Shown here piece after piece: positions 42,918 through 54,715 of a stretch of 64,000 nucleotides of DNA. Under the pieces are notes generated by a model. The model was not told where the DNA came from and ran no database searches. It saw nothing but the letters and a program-made list of their open reading frames with translations. Origin of the DNA: an uncultured Actinomycetota bacterium (GTDB taxonomy: Bacteria; Actinomycetota; Actinomycetes; JAHEKZ01); NCBI GenBank assembly GCA_963743915.1, contig CAVURN010000005.1, positions 128,001-192,000 on the forward strand. The letters are read 5' to 3'. Numbering within the stretch: the stretch's first letter is position 1; each line of letters starts with the position of its first letter. The position numbers and the translations under genes are program-made.

Positions 42918-43391
42918 CTAGTCGTCCCGGCCGCGCCGGGCGATGGCGCGCGCCGCGTCCCGCTTTGCCTCGCGCTCGGCGAGGGCCTGGCGCTTGTCGT
43001 ACGACCGCTTGCCTCGGGCCAGACCGATCTCGACCTTCGCGTAGCCGTCCTTGAAGTACAGCGCAAGCGGCACGAGGGTGAGCCCGGTCTCCTGAGTCTT
43101 GCCGGAGAGCTTGCGGATCTGTTCCCGGTGCAGCAAGAGCTTGCGGGCACGGCGCGGCTCGTGGTTGGTCCAGGTCCCTTGCGTGTACTCGGGGATGTGG
43201 ACGTTGTGGAGCCAGATCTCACCGTCCTTCTCGGCGGCGTAGCCGTCGACGAGCGACGCGCGCCCCTCGCGGAGCGACTTGACCTCGGTCCCGGTGAGCA
43301 CGAGGCCGGCCTCGACGGTGTCCTCGATGTGGTAGTCGTGCCGGGCTCGCCGGTTCTGGGCGACCAAGGTGCGCCCCTTCTCCCGCGCCAT
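42918..43391 (-). CDS. smpB: SsrA-binding protein
   Basis: [37 protein letters not shown]. Confidence 0.97.
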   Translation of the reverse strand: MAREKGRTLVAQNRRARHDYHIEDTVEAGLVLTGTEVKSLREGRASLVDGYAAEKDGEIWLHNVHIPEYTQGTWTNHEPRRARKLLLHREQIRKLSGKTQETGLTLVPLALYFKDGYAKVEIGLARGKRSYDKRQALAEREAKRDAARAIARRGRDD

Positions 43392-43395
43392 CGCG

Positions 43396-44547
43396 CTAGC
43401 CCTGGTCCGTCAGCGGCAGCGCCGCGGTGAGTCCCCGCAGCACTTCCAGTGCCCGGGCCTCGGCGACATCCGGCGTCGCGGCGGCATCGACCAGTACGTC
43501 CGGCTCGACGCCGCGGCCGTCGATCAGCCGACCGGCCGGCGTCAGGTAGCGGCCGATGGTGAACTCGATCGCGGATCCGTCGGGGAGCACGCTGGGCTCC
43601 TGCACCGAGCCCTTGCCGTAGGTGCGCGACCCGACGACCACGGCACGGCTGCGGTCCTGCAGTGCCGCGGCGACCACCTCGGCGGCGCTGGCCGTGCCTC
43701 CGTCGACCAGCACGACGACGGGTGTCGTCGTGTTGCCGTCTCCGATGGCGTAGAGCGTCCGGTCGGGCGCGTCGCGCTGCTCGTAGGACACCACGGGCCC
43801 GCCGTCGAGGAACACCGACGCCACCTCGACCGCCTCGTCGAGCAGGCCGCCGGGATTGCCCCGCAGGTCGAGGACGATGCCACCGGTGGCGCCCGCGTCG
43901 CCGGCGATGGCGTCCCGGACGCTGCCTCCGACACCTCGGCTGAAGGCGCGGACGTCGATGAGGGTCACCCCGTCGGCGAGCCGCTCGACGGTCACGTCGT
44001 CGGCGCTGAGCACGGCTCGGGTGAGGGAGACCGTGGTCGGCACGCCGTTGCGCAGCAGGGCGAGGTCGACGGTGGTGCCGGCGTCTCCCCGGAGTCGTTG
44101 CACGACCTCTCCGACCGAGCCCGCCGACGTGGTCCAGTCGTCGACCGCCAAGATCACGTCTCCGGGCTCCACTCCCGCCTCGTCGGCGGGGGAATTCGAC
44201 TGGACGCTCGCCACGACCACGCCCGTGTGGCCGGACCGCACCCAGAGCCCGACGCCGGAGTAGCGCCCCTCGAGCGCCTCGGCGAACGAGGCGTAGTCAC
44301 TGGGCTCGTAGTAGGAGGACCAGCGGTCTCCGAGGGCCTTCAGCATTCCCTCCACCGCCGCGCGCTCGAGCTCGCTGCGGTCGACGGGAAGCGCGGCGGA
44401 CTCCTCGATCCGGTCGGCTGCCGCGTCGATGACGCCGGTGGAGGAGGAGCTGCCCACCACACCGGTCACCACGCCTGCGCCGTACGCCGCTCCCATGGCG
44501 AGCACGACCGCGGACGCGGTCAGGACCCGTCGGGAGGTGGAAGACAT
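43396..44547 (-). CDS. S41 C-terminal processing protease (CtpA/Prc-like, PDZ)
   Basis: [25 protein letters not shown]. Confidence 0.9.
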   Translation of the reverse strand: MSSTSRRVLTASAVVLAMGAAYGAGVVTGVVGSSSSTGVIDAAADRIEESAALPVDRSELERAAVEGMLKALGDRWSSYYEPSDYASFAEALEGRYSGVGLWVRSGHTGVVVASVQSNSPADEAGVEPGDVILAVDDWTTSAGSVGEVVQRLRGDAGTTVDLALLRNGVPTTVSLTRAVLSADDVTVERLADGVTLIDVRAFSRGVGGSVRDAIAGDAGATGGIVLDLRGNPGGLLDEAVEVASVFLDGGPVVSYEQRDAPDRTLYAIGDGNTTTPVVVLVDGGTASAAEVVAAALQDRSRAVVVGSRTYGKGSVQEPSVLPDGSAIEFTIGRYLTPAGRLIDGRGVEPDVLVDAAATPDVAEARALEVLRGLTAALPLTDQG

Positions 44548-44635
44548 GGCGCCGAGTCTACGGGCGCGAGGGGCGACGACCGGTCCAGCCCGAGCGCTGC
44601 GGCCCCGTTCAGTGTCGACCTCAGGTTGAGGTCGA

Positions 44636-45888
44636 TCAGGGGCAGAACTGCGACTGGGGAGTCTTCTGGCCGCCGAACCAGCCCATCGGGTCGTGCGGGA
44701 CGCCGTTGATGTGCACCTCGAAGTGCAGGTGGGGTCCGCTGGAGTAGCCGGTCGAGCCGACGTAGCCGATCGTCTCGCCGGCCTTCACCCGCTGGCCGGG
44801 GCTGACGGCGAACGACGTCTGGTGGGCGTAGAACGTCGAGAGCCCGTCGCCGTGGTCGACGAGGGTGTTGTTGCCGTAGGGACCGCTCAGCTCGGCCCGC
44901 GTCCAGATCACCACGCCGTCCGCGGCGGCGTGGATGGCGGTGCCGCTGGACGGCCGAGATGTCGATGCCGGTGTGGCAGCTCCGGTACCCGTAGACCGGG
45001 TGCACCCGCCAGCCGACACCTCCGTTCGACGGAGCGCCCGGGATCGGCCAGATGCAGCTCACCGGTGGGGATGCCGGACCCGGTGGAGGCGGCCTGGGCG
45101 ATCTGCGCCTGCAGCGCGTCCTGCGCAGCCTCCAGCTGGTTGAGCCGCTGAACCTCGGCGGCGCGCTCCTGCTCGGCGACGCGCAGCGCGCGCGACCGAA
45201 GCTGCACCAGCCGCTGGATCTTCTGCTTGGCCGCACGGGCCTCCTGCACGAGGTCGCGCAGCTCGAGCACCTGCTCCTCGGCCTCGGTCTCGGTGGCTTC
45301 GATCGCCTCGACCGTCACCTGCATCTGCTGTTGACGGGCGGCCAGCACGGCCTTGTCGGCGTTGAGCCGGTCGATGACCTCCGCCTGGCTCTCGGTCACC
45401 GAGCGAGTCGCCATGACGCGCTGGACGAAGTCGGTGGGTGAGTCGGCGTCGAGGACGACCTGCAGCTCGGCGTACCCGCCCGTCTGGTACTGGTAGCGGA
45501 CGATGCGCGCGATCAGCGTCTCGGAGCGCACGATGCGCCGTTGCGCCAGCTCGATCTCGGTCTGGACCTTCTCCTGCTCCGCACGCAGCTGTCGGAGCTT
45601 CTGCCGGATGAGCGCCAGGCGCTCCCGCGCGCTGGACAGCCGACCGGTCGCTGCTGAGAACTCCGCGCGAGCCGCCGGCAGCTGGACCTGTGCCCGTTCG
45701 AGGTCGGCAGCGGCCTCCTTGAGCCGGGACGAGGCGCTGTGGAGGGCGTCCTCGGTGGCAGAGATCTTGTCCTCGAGGTCCTGGGACTGGTCGATGAGGT
45801 CGTCGGCCGAGGCCGGGGCCAGCACTCCGGCCACGAGGGCAGCGAGGGTCACACCGGCGGCAAGCGCAGCACGGGCACGCACGGTCAT
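44636..45888 (-). CDS. Coiled-coil + M23 peptidase (EnvC-like FtsEX partner), frameshifted
   Basis: Signal peptide, long coiled coil, HTGID, YAHQ, STGYSSGPHLHFEV. Confidence 0.85.
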
Positions 45889-45941
45889 CCCTCCTTCTCC
45901 CTAGGACATCGGCAGCAAGTCGGTGGACCTGCAGCCGCAGG

Positions 45942-46859
45942 TCACACTCGAAGGTACTTCAGCAGCGTCAGGTACGAGACCACAATCGAGACGAGCAACC
46001 CGATCGCCATGACGATGCCGCACGTGACCATCACGTGGCTCCACTCGATCCAGCTCGCCTCGTTGAATGCGAACGACTCCCGGAAGAGCCGGTCGATCAG
46101 CAGGTACTTGCCCAGCACCAGCGCACCGCAGGCCAGCAGGCCCCCCATCAGGCCCGCGAATGCCCCTTCGAGCAGGAACGGCAGCTGGATGTACAGGTTG
46201 GAGGCGCCGACGAGACGCATGATGGAGGTCTCCCGCCGCCGGCTGAAGGCCGCCACGCGGATGACCACCACGATCAGCAGCACCGTCGCGATGAGTGCGA
46301 CAAATGCCACAAAAAGGGCACCTGCTTGGAACCCGTTGAGCACGTCGAACACGGTGTCGAAGAAGGACCGCATGTCGACGACGTTCTCGACGCCGGGGCG
46401 CCCCTCGAAGGCGCTCGCCACGATGTTGTAGTCCTGCTCTGGGTTGACCAGCTTGGCGCGGAACGACTCCTGCATGTCGTCGACGGTGATGCTGTCGGCG
46501 ATCTCCGAGCTGGCGAACTGCTCCTGGAAGCGCTCGTAGGCGTCCTGCTTGGACTCGTAGAACACGTCGCTCACCTGCGGAAGGTCCCGCAGGTCCTGCT
46601 CGATCTGGACGCGCTGAGCATCGGTCACCGCGCCGTCCGGACAGGTGGGCCGGTCGCTGTCGATGTCACGGCAGAGGAACAGCGACACCTCGACCTTGCC
46701 GAGCCAGAACTTCTGCATCTCGTTGATCTGCTGGCGGATGAGGTTCGCGGTGCCGAGCAGGGCCAGGGCGATGCTGATGACCAGGACCGCGGCCACGGTC
46801 ATGGTGAGGTTGCGACGGAGACCGGTGGCGGCCTCGCTCGCGACAAGACTGATGCGCAT
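45942..46859 (-). CDS. ftsX: Cell division permease FtsX
   Basis: GLRRNLTMT, AAFSRRRETSIMRLVGAS, PFLLEG. Confidence 0.95.
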   Translation of the reverse strand: MRISLVASEAATGLRRNLTMTVAAVLVISIALALLGTANLIRQQINEMQKFWLGKVEVSLFLCRDIDSDRPTCPDGAVTDAQRVQIEQDLRDLPQVSDVFYESKQDAYERFQEQFASSEIADSITVDDMQESFRAKLVNPEQDYNIVASAFEGRPGVENVVDMRSFFDTVFDVLNGFQAGALFVAFVALIATVLLIVVVIRVAAFSRRRETSIMRLVGASNLYIQLPFLLEGAFAGLMGGLLACGALVLGKYLLIDRLFRESFAFNEASWIEWSHVMVTCGIVMAIGLLVSIVVSYLTLLKYLRV

Positions 46860-46874
46860 GGTTCTCTCCGGCCG

Positions 46875-47564
46875 TCAGCGGGCGTAGCCGTAGACGCCGC
46901 GCACCTGGTCGCGGACGAGGTGGCCGCGCTCGAGCTCGATGACCCGTCGGCGCATCTGGTCGACGATGTCGGCGTCGTGCGTGGCCATCACCACGGTGGT
47001 GCCGGTGCGGTTGATGCGGTCGAGCAGCTTCATGATGCCGACGCTCGTGTGCGGGTCGAGGTTTCCGGTGGGCTCGTCGGCGATGAGGATCACCGGGCGG
47101 TTGACGAACGCACGCGCCACGGCGACGCGCTGCTGCTCGCCACCGGACAGCTCACCGGGGTAGCGGTCCTCCTTGCCGGCCAGACCGACCAGCTCGATGA
47201 CCTCTGGGACCACCTTCGCGGTGATGTGACCGGGCCGGCCGGTGACCTCGAGCGCGAACGCGACGTTCTCGTGGACGGTCTTGTTGGGCAGCAGCCGAAA
47301 GTCCTGGAACACCGTTCCGATCTGGCGACGCAGCTGGGGAACCTTCCAGTTGGAGAGACGGGCGACGTCCTTGCCGGCCACGAAGACCTGGCCGGTCGTG
47401 GCGCGCTCCTCGCGCAGCACGAGCCGCAGCAGCGTCGACTTGCCCGAGCCCGAGGCGCCGACGAGGAAGACGAACTCGCCCTTGTCGATCTCGAGCGTGA
47501 CCTTGTCGAGCGCCGGGCGCGCCTGGCTGGGATAGAGCTTGGTGACGTCGTCCAACCTGATCAT
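46875..47564 (-). CDS. ftsE: Cell division ATPase FtsE
   Basis: [33 protein letters not shown]. Confidence 0.96.
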   Translation of the reverse strand: MIRLDDVTKLYPSQARPALDKVTLEIDKGEFVFLVGASGSGKSTLLRLVLREERATTGQVFVAGKDVARLSNWKVPQLRRQIGTVFQDFRLLPNKTVHENVAFALEVTGRPGHITAKVVPEVIELVGLAGKEDRYPGELSGGEQQRVAVARAFVNRPVILIADEPTGNLDPHTSVGIMKLLDRINRTGTTVVMATHDADIVDQMRRRVIELERGHLVRDQVRGVYGYAR

Positions 47565-47713
47565 GAAGTGGCCCGGCCGGGTCGGGGACAGGGGAAGCGG
47601 GCGCGAACGCCCGAGTGCGACCGGGGGGCCAGTCTATGGGTCAGGGCGTCCAGCTCTGGCAACCCCCGGCGGGACGCGCGTGGCGTCGCGGCCCGACCGG
47701 AGGAGGGCAGAGA

Positions 47714-47745
47714 AGAAGGGGCGGGCTTCACAGCCCGCCCCTTCT
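47714..47745 (-). terminator. Intrinsic terminator after the LPXTG protein gene
   Basis: AGAAGGGGCGGGCT-TCAC-AGCCCGCCCCTTCT. Confidence 0.75.
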
Positions 47746-47773
47746 GCTGCTGAACGCTCGTCGCGAGAAGCGA

Positions 47774-48536
47774 TCAGTGCTTGCGGTGGTACACCGGAAC
47801 CAGTCGTCCAGGTCCGAGCAGGAGCAGCATCCCGAGGCCGATGAGCAGCAGGGAGGCGCCCAGGGCGCCTGCCACCGGCAGTCCAGAGCCGGTCTTCGGC
47901 AGCGCAGCGGCAGCGGCAGCCGCCGACTCGCTGTTACGGGGCTTGCCACCCTTCTCGGTCTCGGTGGGCAGTGCCTCGCCGCCGTGCCGGAGGTCTCGCT
48001 CGGTTCGACGGCGCGTGTCCGTGGACTCGGTGTCCGACGGGCTGGCCGTGTCGGTGGACTCGGTGTCCGACGGGCTGGCCGTGTCAGTCGACTCGGTGTC
48101 CGACGGGCTGGCCGTCGTCGGTGGACTCGGTGTCCGACGGGCTCGGTGACACGCCTGGCACCTTGCAGTCGTTCTCGTAGATCGCGATGCCGGCCTCATT
48201 CCAGTTCAGGCCGTCGTGCACGCCGACGAGCGGCGGGATGATGTCGCCCCACTGGTCGCCGTTGTGCGGCGGTGGGTACTCCTCCTCGGGGTCGAACACC
48301 GGCCCGAGGTGCTTGCCGAAGTGGTCAGCGCCACCCTTGCCGTCAATGGCTGACGGGTCGACGGTGATCACGCGGTACGGATTGGTGACAGCGTTGGTGC
48401 GGTGGCAGATGGTGACGTTGTCCTCGTTGCCGGGACTCGCCGTCGCGGTGCTCATCCCCAACCACGGCAGCGGCGCGAGCGCGACAAGCAGCACGCCAGC
48501 CCATCGCGCCGCCTTGGTCCTGCGGCTGATGGTCAT
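47774..48536 (-). CDS. Sortase-anchored (LPKTG) surface protein with His-rich N-terminal domain and Ser/Thr/Asp repeat stalk, frameshifted
   Basis: Signal peptide, VTICHRTN...WGDIIPP..GLNW...NDC domain, repeats, LPKTG + TM + basic tail. Confidence 0.75.
48021..48143. repeat. 33-bp coding tandem repeat (about 3.7 copies; DTASPSDTEST)
   Basis: GTGGACTCGGTGTCCGACGGGCTGGCCGTGTCG units at 48021, 48054, 48087 (34 bp, extra base) and 48121 (partial). Confidence 0.9.
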
Positions 48537-48805
48537 GACCGATCCCTCCCTCAACCGGGCCGGTCTCACCTCTCGCTCCCCGTGGTCGCTGGGCGATGAG
48601 CCCGCGGTGACCGAATGACGGCCACGGATCCCTGCTTCCCTGCCTACAGACTAGTCCTCGGCCGTCACTCAACGTGATAGCCGAACGGGTGAATCACCCA
48701 CTTGGCGGGTGACCCACGTCACGCACCGTACCGTCCGAGGCGCGCTCGAACAGGGGTTTGCCGAATCCGGACTCACCGACCCTGGGCCAGGGCGGCAGTG
48801 CTCGA

Positions 48806-49929
48806 TCAGGCTGAGGCGCTGGCGTTCTCCCGCTGCTTGCGCCAACGGATGCCCAGCCTCGATGAAGGCGTCGATGTCGCCGTCGAGGACGGCGTCCGGG
48901 TTGCCGACCTCGACGTCGGTGCGGAGGTCCTTGACCATCTGGTACGGGTGCAGCACGTAGGACCGCATCTGGTTCCCCCACGAGCCGCCGGAGTCGCCCT
49001 TCAGGGCATCGATCTTCGCCTGCTCCTCCTGCCGCCGACGCTCGAGCAGCTTGGCCTGCAGCACGTTCATTGCGGTGGCGCGGTTCTGCAGCTGCGAGCG
49101 CTCGTTCTGGCAGCTGACCACGATGCCGGTGGGAATGTGGGTGAGGCGCACCGCCGAGTCGGTGGTGTTCACGCCCTGGCCGCCGGGCCCGCTGCTGCGG
49201 TAGACGTCGACCCGGATCTCGTCCTCCGGGATGTCGACGGCGTCCGTCTGCTCGACCACCGGCACCACCTCGACCCCGGCGAACGACGTCTGGCGGCGTC
49301 CCTGGTTGTCGAAGGGCGAGATCCGGACGAGCCGGTGGGTGCCCTGCTCGACGCTGAGGGTGCCGTACGCGTAGGGCGCCTTCACCGCGAAGGTGGCCGA
49401 CTTGATGCCGGCCTCCTCGGCGTACGACGTCTCGTAGACCTCGGTCGGGTACCCGTGACGCTCGCACCAGCGCAGGTACATCCGCATCAGCATCTCGGCC
49501 CAGTCCGCGGCGTCCACGCCACCGGCCTCGGCCCGGATCGTCACGAGCGCCTCGCGGGCGTCGTACTCGCCCGAGAGCAGGGTGAGGACCTCCTGCTCGC
49601 TGACGGCCTGGCTGAGCGCGGCCAGCTCGGTCTCGGCCTCAGCCAGCGCCTCGGCGTCACCCTCGTCCTCGGCCAGCTCGAACATCAGCGAGAGGTCGTC
49701 GGCCCGCTGGCGCAGCACGCCGATCCGCCTGCAGGAGCCCCTGGACGTTCGACAGCCGGCTGGTGACCTTCTGCGCAGCCTCGGGGTCGTTCCAGAGATC
49801 CGGCGCGGCGGCCTGCTCCTCCAGGGACGCGGCCTCGGCGCGCAGAGCGGGCAGGTCGAGCACGGCCTCGATGCTGCCCAGGGTGGTCCGGAGCTGCTCG
49901 ATCGCCTCGTTCTGCTCGAGTGTCGCCAC
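48806..49929 (-). CDS. prfB: Peptide chain release factor 2 (two apparent sequencing frameshifts)
   Basis: RISPFD (SPF), [27 protein letters not shown]; N-term in another frame. Confidence 0.95.
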
Positions 49930-50015
49930 GTCGCACGAGGGTACGTGATCGGCGAACTGCTCAATGTCGGCCCCCGGTGGGCCGATCAGGGGAATGAGCC
50001 ACCTGGGGGTCCCCC

Positions 50016-51561
50016 GTGCGACGACCGATCGCCGCCACCACCGTCGCCATGCTGATGGGCTGCGCCACGGTGGCGTCCCTCGTGGCGCCGCTGGCGTCCG
50101 CGGAGGACGACGTCCCGGCTGTCGCCGCCGCGGACGACTCCCTGCCGAACACCGCTCCCAGTGCCGTCGACGACGACGCGGTCGTCACGTCCGGCAGCTC
50201 TGTGGTCGTCGACGTGCTGGGCAACGACACCGACCCCGACGGTGACCCGCTGACCCTGGTGGGCGTGGTCGACCCACCGGCGAGCGGGACGACGAGCCTG
50301 GTGGAGGGGGGCGTCGAGTACCTCGCTGCCCCTGGCTACACAGGTCCCGACTCCTTCACCTACGAGATCTCCGACGGTGAGCTGACTGCCGTCGCCACCG
50401 TCTCCGTCACCGTGACGTCGGACGCCAACACCGCACCGGTGGCCACCGACGACAGCGTCACCACCCGCTGGGGTTCGCCCGTGACGGTCGACGTCACGGC
50501 CAACGACACCGACGCGGACGGTGACCACCTCGCGGTGGTCCGCATCTGGCGTCCGGAGCACGGCGGCGCCCAGCTCGTCGACGGCCAGGTCGTCTACACG
50601 CCGCGCGGCCAGTTCGTGGGCGTGGACGTCGTCCGGTACCAGGTCGGCGACGGACGCGGCGGCGTGTCCGAGGCCGTCCTCGCAGTTCAGGTCGACCCCG
50701 ACCACAGGGTGGAGCTGAAGCGCACGAGCACCCCGGTGGCGCTGCGCCCGATGACCGTGCGTGGGGTCGTCTCCACCCAGCTCGGCGGCCCCGTGACGGT
50801 CTCCCTGCAGCGCCGGGCGGAGTCCGGTGTCTGGCGGACCCTGCGGTCTCAACGCCTTCGGGACGACAACCAGTTCGCCCTCTCGTGGACGCCACCACGT
50901 CCTGGCCGTGAGTGGCTGAGGCTACGGGCGACCTGGGCTGACGGCGCCGATGGACGTCAGGACGGCCTACCGTGCACAGGTCGAGGCGCGCTTCGCCCCT
51001 GTCGTCGAGCCCGTGCGGCGCGACGACGTCCCGCACACGTGGCGTCCCGGCTGCCCGGTGGGCCCGGCCGCTCTTCGGCAGATCCACATGAGCTACTGGG
51101 ACTACCAAGGGCGCCTGCGTCGCGGCACGCTGATCGGCGCTGCGGGGGTGGTCGGCGACTACCTCGCGATCTTCCGGCGAGCCTTCGACACCGGGTTCCC
51201 CATCAAGAAGATGTATCCGGCCGATCGCTACGGCGGCGTGGACGAGCGAGCGATGCGCGCCGGGAACACGTCGGCCTTCAACTGTCGGCACGTGACCGGC
51301 AACCCCTACCGGATGTCGCAGCACTCCTACGGCAACGCCATCGACATCAACACGTTCGAGAACCCGTACGTCACAGGCTCGCGGGTCTACCCGCCCAAGG
51401 CCGCGGTGCCCTACTACCACCGACGCGAGCACAACCTGCGCGACCCAGGCGTCATCACCCGTCGGTCGTCCATCGCCCGCGAGCTGTGGCGACAGGGCTG
51501 GGCCTGGGGTGCCCGCTGGTCGTTCCCGGACTACCAGCACTGGTCGAGCAACGGCGGATGA
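50016..51561 (+). CDS. Secreted protein with two Ig-like/cadherin-like repeats fused to an M15-family metallopeptidase, frameshift near 50945
   Basis: [20 protein letters not shown] x2; [39 protein letters not shown]. Confidence 0.8.
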
Positions 51562-51562
51562 C

Positions 51563-52234
51563 ATGACGGCGATGCGAACGGCGATGGTCGGTGCAGCCGG
51601 TCTTCTCAGCGTGCTGGGCCTGGGCGCCTGCACGGGTGGTGAGGAGCCCGCGACGCTGGTCGAGGTGACGGAGCAGAGCGTCGATGAGACGGGGTCGAAG
51701 GCCAAGAAGCCCGCGGCCCGCACCGGCGACCTCGGTCAGGAGGATCTGCCGGTTCCGGCAGAGCTCGGGGAGGGGTGGGACTACCGCGTGGACCCCGGCA
51801 ACGCCGAGGACGGCTACGTCGGCAGCGGCGAGCCCGCGACGGCGCGCGACCCGATGGAGGTGCTCGGCGCGATCACGCCCCTGGGCTGCCGACCGGGACA
51901 GCTGCCCGTGCCCACGCACGCGCTCGAGGTGACGTACGCCCGGGACGACCTGCCCGGCGTCGGCATGCTGCTGCGTTTCGCCGACGAGGCGACAGCGGCG
52001 CAGTTCTTCGACGCGCACACGGGCGTCATCAGCGACTGCGTCGGACGCCGCACGGTCGACCTCGCGGTGGTCCGGGCCGAGCAGGGGGCGTTCATCAGCA
52101 CCCGCACCGAGCAGCTGGGCCAGACCCCGACCTGGGTCGAGGGAGTCGGCCTTCGTGGCACCGAGGTGCTGCTCGTCGCCGTCGCTGACGACGGAGCGTC
52201 CGGCGTCCGGGCGGTGGAGTCCGCGCTGCAGTAG
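51563..52234 (+). CDS. Hypothetical lipoprotein
   Basis: Lipobox LGAC; coupled to the upstream gene. Confidence 0.7.
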   Translation: MTAMRTAMVGAAGLLSVLGLGACTGGEEPATLVEVTEQSVDETGSKAKKPAARTGDLGQEDLPVPAELGEGWDYRVDPGNAEDGYVGSGEPATARDPMEVLGAITPLGCRPGQLPVPTHALEVTYARDDLPGVGMLLRFADEATAAQFFDAHTGVISDCVGRRTVDLAVVRAEQGAFISTRTEQLGQTPTWVEGVGLRGTEVLLVAVADDGASGVRAVESALQ

Positions 52235-52290
52235 GGGTGACCCGCTCGACAGTGACCTCCTCGCGATGTCGACCTGCTTCGATCGTCGTC

Positions 52291-53285
52291 ATGGGTGTCC
52301 CCATCTCGACGTTCACCGGCCTCGCCGTCGGCGCGCTGCTGCTGGTCGGGTGCTCGACGGAGGCAACACCTGAGGGCGCGAATCCCACCCCGGCACCGCC
52401 GCCCGTCACCGAGTCGGGCACCGCGTGCCGAGCGCGCCGCACTCAACGCCGTCCACCACCGAGGCGAGTCCCGCGCGCGCAGAGTTCGAGGTAGGCCGCG
52501 TGCTGGTCACCGTCCGCCGGCTGGCTGGACGCATAGGCCCTCGCGAGGCGACGTCGGCGGCCTACGACCGGGCCGCAGTCGATGTCGCCTCGCGCTGGCG
52601 GTCACTGGGCTACGTGGTGAGCGAGCAGCACTTCACGGTTCCCGAGGGCGTGTCATGGGGCGTTCCCGTCCCCCGCGGGCGGACCCGCAACGTGGTAGCG
52701 GCCCCCGTCGGGTTCGACCCCCGGCAGCCCTACGTCATCGTGGGGGCTCACCTCGACACCGTGCCCCAGGCACCAGGTGCTGAGGACAACGCCTCGGGTG
52801 TCTCGGTGCTGATGGAGCTGTCGCGGATGGCTGTCGTGGAGGAACCAACGCTGCCGACGGTGTTCGTCGCCTTCGGCGCCGAGGAGCCGCGCGGCTCGGG
52901 GGACGACTGGCACCACTTCGGGTCACGCATCTACACCGCGCGGATGTCCGAGTCGGAGCGGCGGAACCTGGTCGCGATGGTGTCGCTCGACCGCGTCGGT
53001 GTCGGCGCAGCGGTTCCGATCTGCGGCGGAGGCGTCACTGACGACGGTGTCGTCCGGGACCTGCGGCGTGCAGCCCGGCATGTCGGAGTTCCGACAGTGT
53101 CGTGCGGCGTCAACCGGTCCAGTGACCACTGGTCGTTCGAGCGCGCCGGACTGCCCGCAGCCCGACTGGGGTCGACCGCCTACGCGGCCTACCACTCACC
53201 GGCTGACCGGCCGGCCGTCGTCCAGCCGGCCCAGCTGCGACGCACAGGATTGGTCGCCTGGAGGTTCCTCACTTCTCGGCGCTGA
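52291..53285 (+). CDS. M28-family peptidase lipoprotein, frameshifted
   Basis: Lipobox LVGC; GAHLDTV, GAEDNASG, FGAEE, SDHWSF, YHSPAD. Confidence 0.85.
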
Positions 53286-54673
53286 GGCTGCCGTAGCTGT
53301 TCGACCACACGTCGTCGAGGATCTGCGCTTCTCGCTCACCGCTGACGAACCGGGGCGCGAAGTCCTCCCCGATCACCACCGGCCGAGGAGTGGCCGCCAT
53401 GAGCTCGCCGTCCCAGTAGGTCAGGTCGAGGACGATCCCCTCCATCGTCGGCTGCGAGAAGTCCATGTCGAACACGAAGTTGCCCAGCGAGTACGCGACG
53501 AACGAGGTGCCGACCATCTCGGCCCCCTGCACCCAGTGCGGGTGACCACCCACGACCACATCAGCCCCTGCGGCCGCCAGTCGGCGCGCGACCTGTCGCT
53601 GCACCTTCAGCGGGCGACTCGTGTACTGGTCACCCCAGTGCGGCAGGACGATCACGGCGTCCGTGTGCGAGCTGACCTCCCGGACCCGGGCCACGATCGC
53701 CCGCAGGTCGTCGCGGTTCAAGGGCCCGGTGCGGGGAGGCATGCGCAGCTGGGCGGTTCCCGGTGAGTCGGCGGTGGCCGCTGGACTCTCGCCGATGGCG
53801 TTGAACGCGACGATTCCGAGGCTCATACCGCGCGCTTCGATCACTACCGGTCGGAGCGCCTCGCGACGGTTCATCCCCGCACCCACGTGTGTGAAGCCGC
53901 CGGCTTCGACCCGGTTCAGTGTGTCGACCAGCGCACGGTCGCCGTAGTCACCCACATGGTTGTTGGCGAGCGACAGGACGTCGAAACCGGCCAGGGCGAG
54001 CCCCCGACGCACTTGCGGGTCGGCGCCGAAGGAGTCCGAGCCCCTGAGTCGGCGTCCCGTTCCGGGACAACGTCGACTCGAGGTTGCCGATGGTGAGATC
54101 CGCGGCCGCCAGCTCCCGCGCAGTCGGTCGGAGTGGCGCGGCGTGGTCCCCGTTCATCGCGTCCGCCACCCCGCGGGCGAGCATGATGTCGCCCGTGACC
54201 GTGATCGTCACCGGGCGTGGGGGACGTACACCCTCGACGAGCAGCGGGTACTCCGCAGGCGTTCGCAGCGGATCGGCACCGTCCACGGTCATCACCGTCA
54301 CCCGCGGGTCCACCGCGTCCGCGCGGACGACACCGATGGCCCTTGGGTCGCGCGCCACCTGCCGCACCACACTCTCCGCCGAGCCCCCGGACAGGTGGCG
54401 CACTCGACCTGCCGTCCCGTCGATGTCGTCCCAGCGTGCGACGGCGCCCTCCCGCAGCTTGCCGGCGTCCCGCGCCGAGACGTCGATCGACCCCCTCGAA
54501 GGGTGCACCACGAGGGCCAGGGGCATCCGTGCGAGGACACCTGACGTCGAGGGCGCGGGAGCGACGGCTGATGGCGTGGTCGGTCGCTCACCTACGAGGG
54601 TCGGCTCGGTGCACCCCACAAGCAGTCCGACAGCGATGACCGCCGGGCAGATGGTGCGGAGTCGGTGCCTCAC
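53269..54673 (-). CDS. CapA-family (PGA_cap) metallophosphoesterase lipoprotein, frameshift near 54045
   Basis: TGDIMLAR, GNLES, SLANNHVGD, PHWG, GGHPHWVQ, YSLGNFVFD. Confidence 0.85.
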
Positions 54674-54715
54674 CCGGCCAGCGTGGCAGGGTTCGGTGAG
54701 AACCGGTCACCTGAG

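Noticed and set aside
48021-48143. CRISPR array
   Set aside because: Head-to-tail 33-bp coding repeats with no spacers and no cas genes
48725-48775. c-di-GMP-I riboswitch (GGCAAACC...GGACG on the minus strand)
   Set aside because: Lacks the GNRA-capped P2 stem and the GCAAA/P3 elements
49700-49760. Programmed +1 frameshift in prfB
   Set aside because: The break is near codon 65, with no CTT-TGA slippery site or internal SD; a second break occurs near 48850; consistent with window-wide indel errors
53269-54673. Poly-gamma-glutamate capsule locus
   Set aside because: No capB/capC in the window; stand-alone CapA-domain proteins are common
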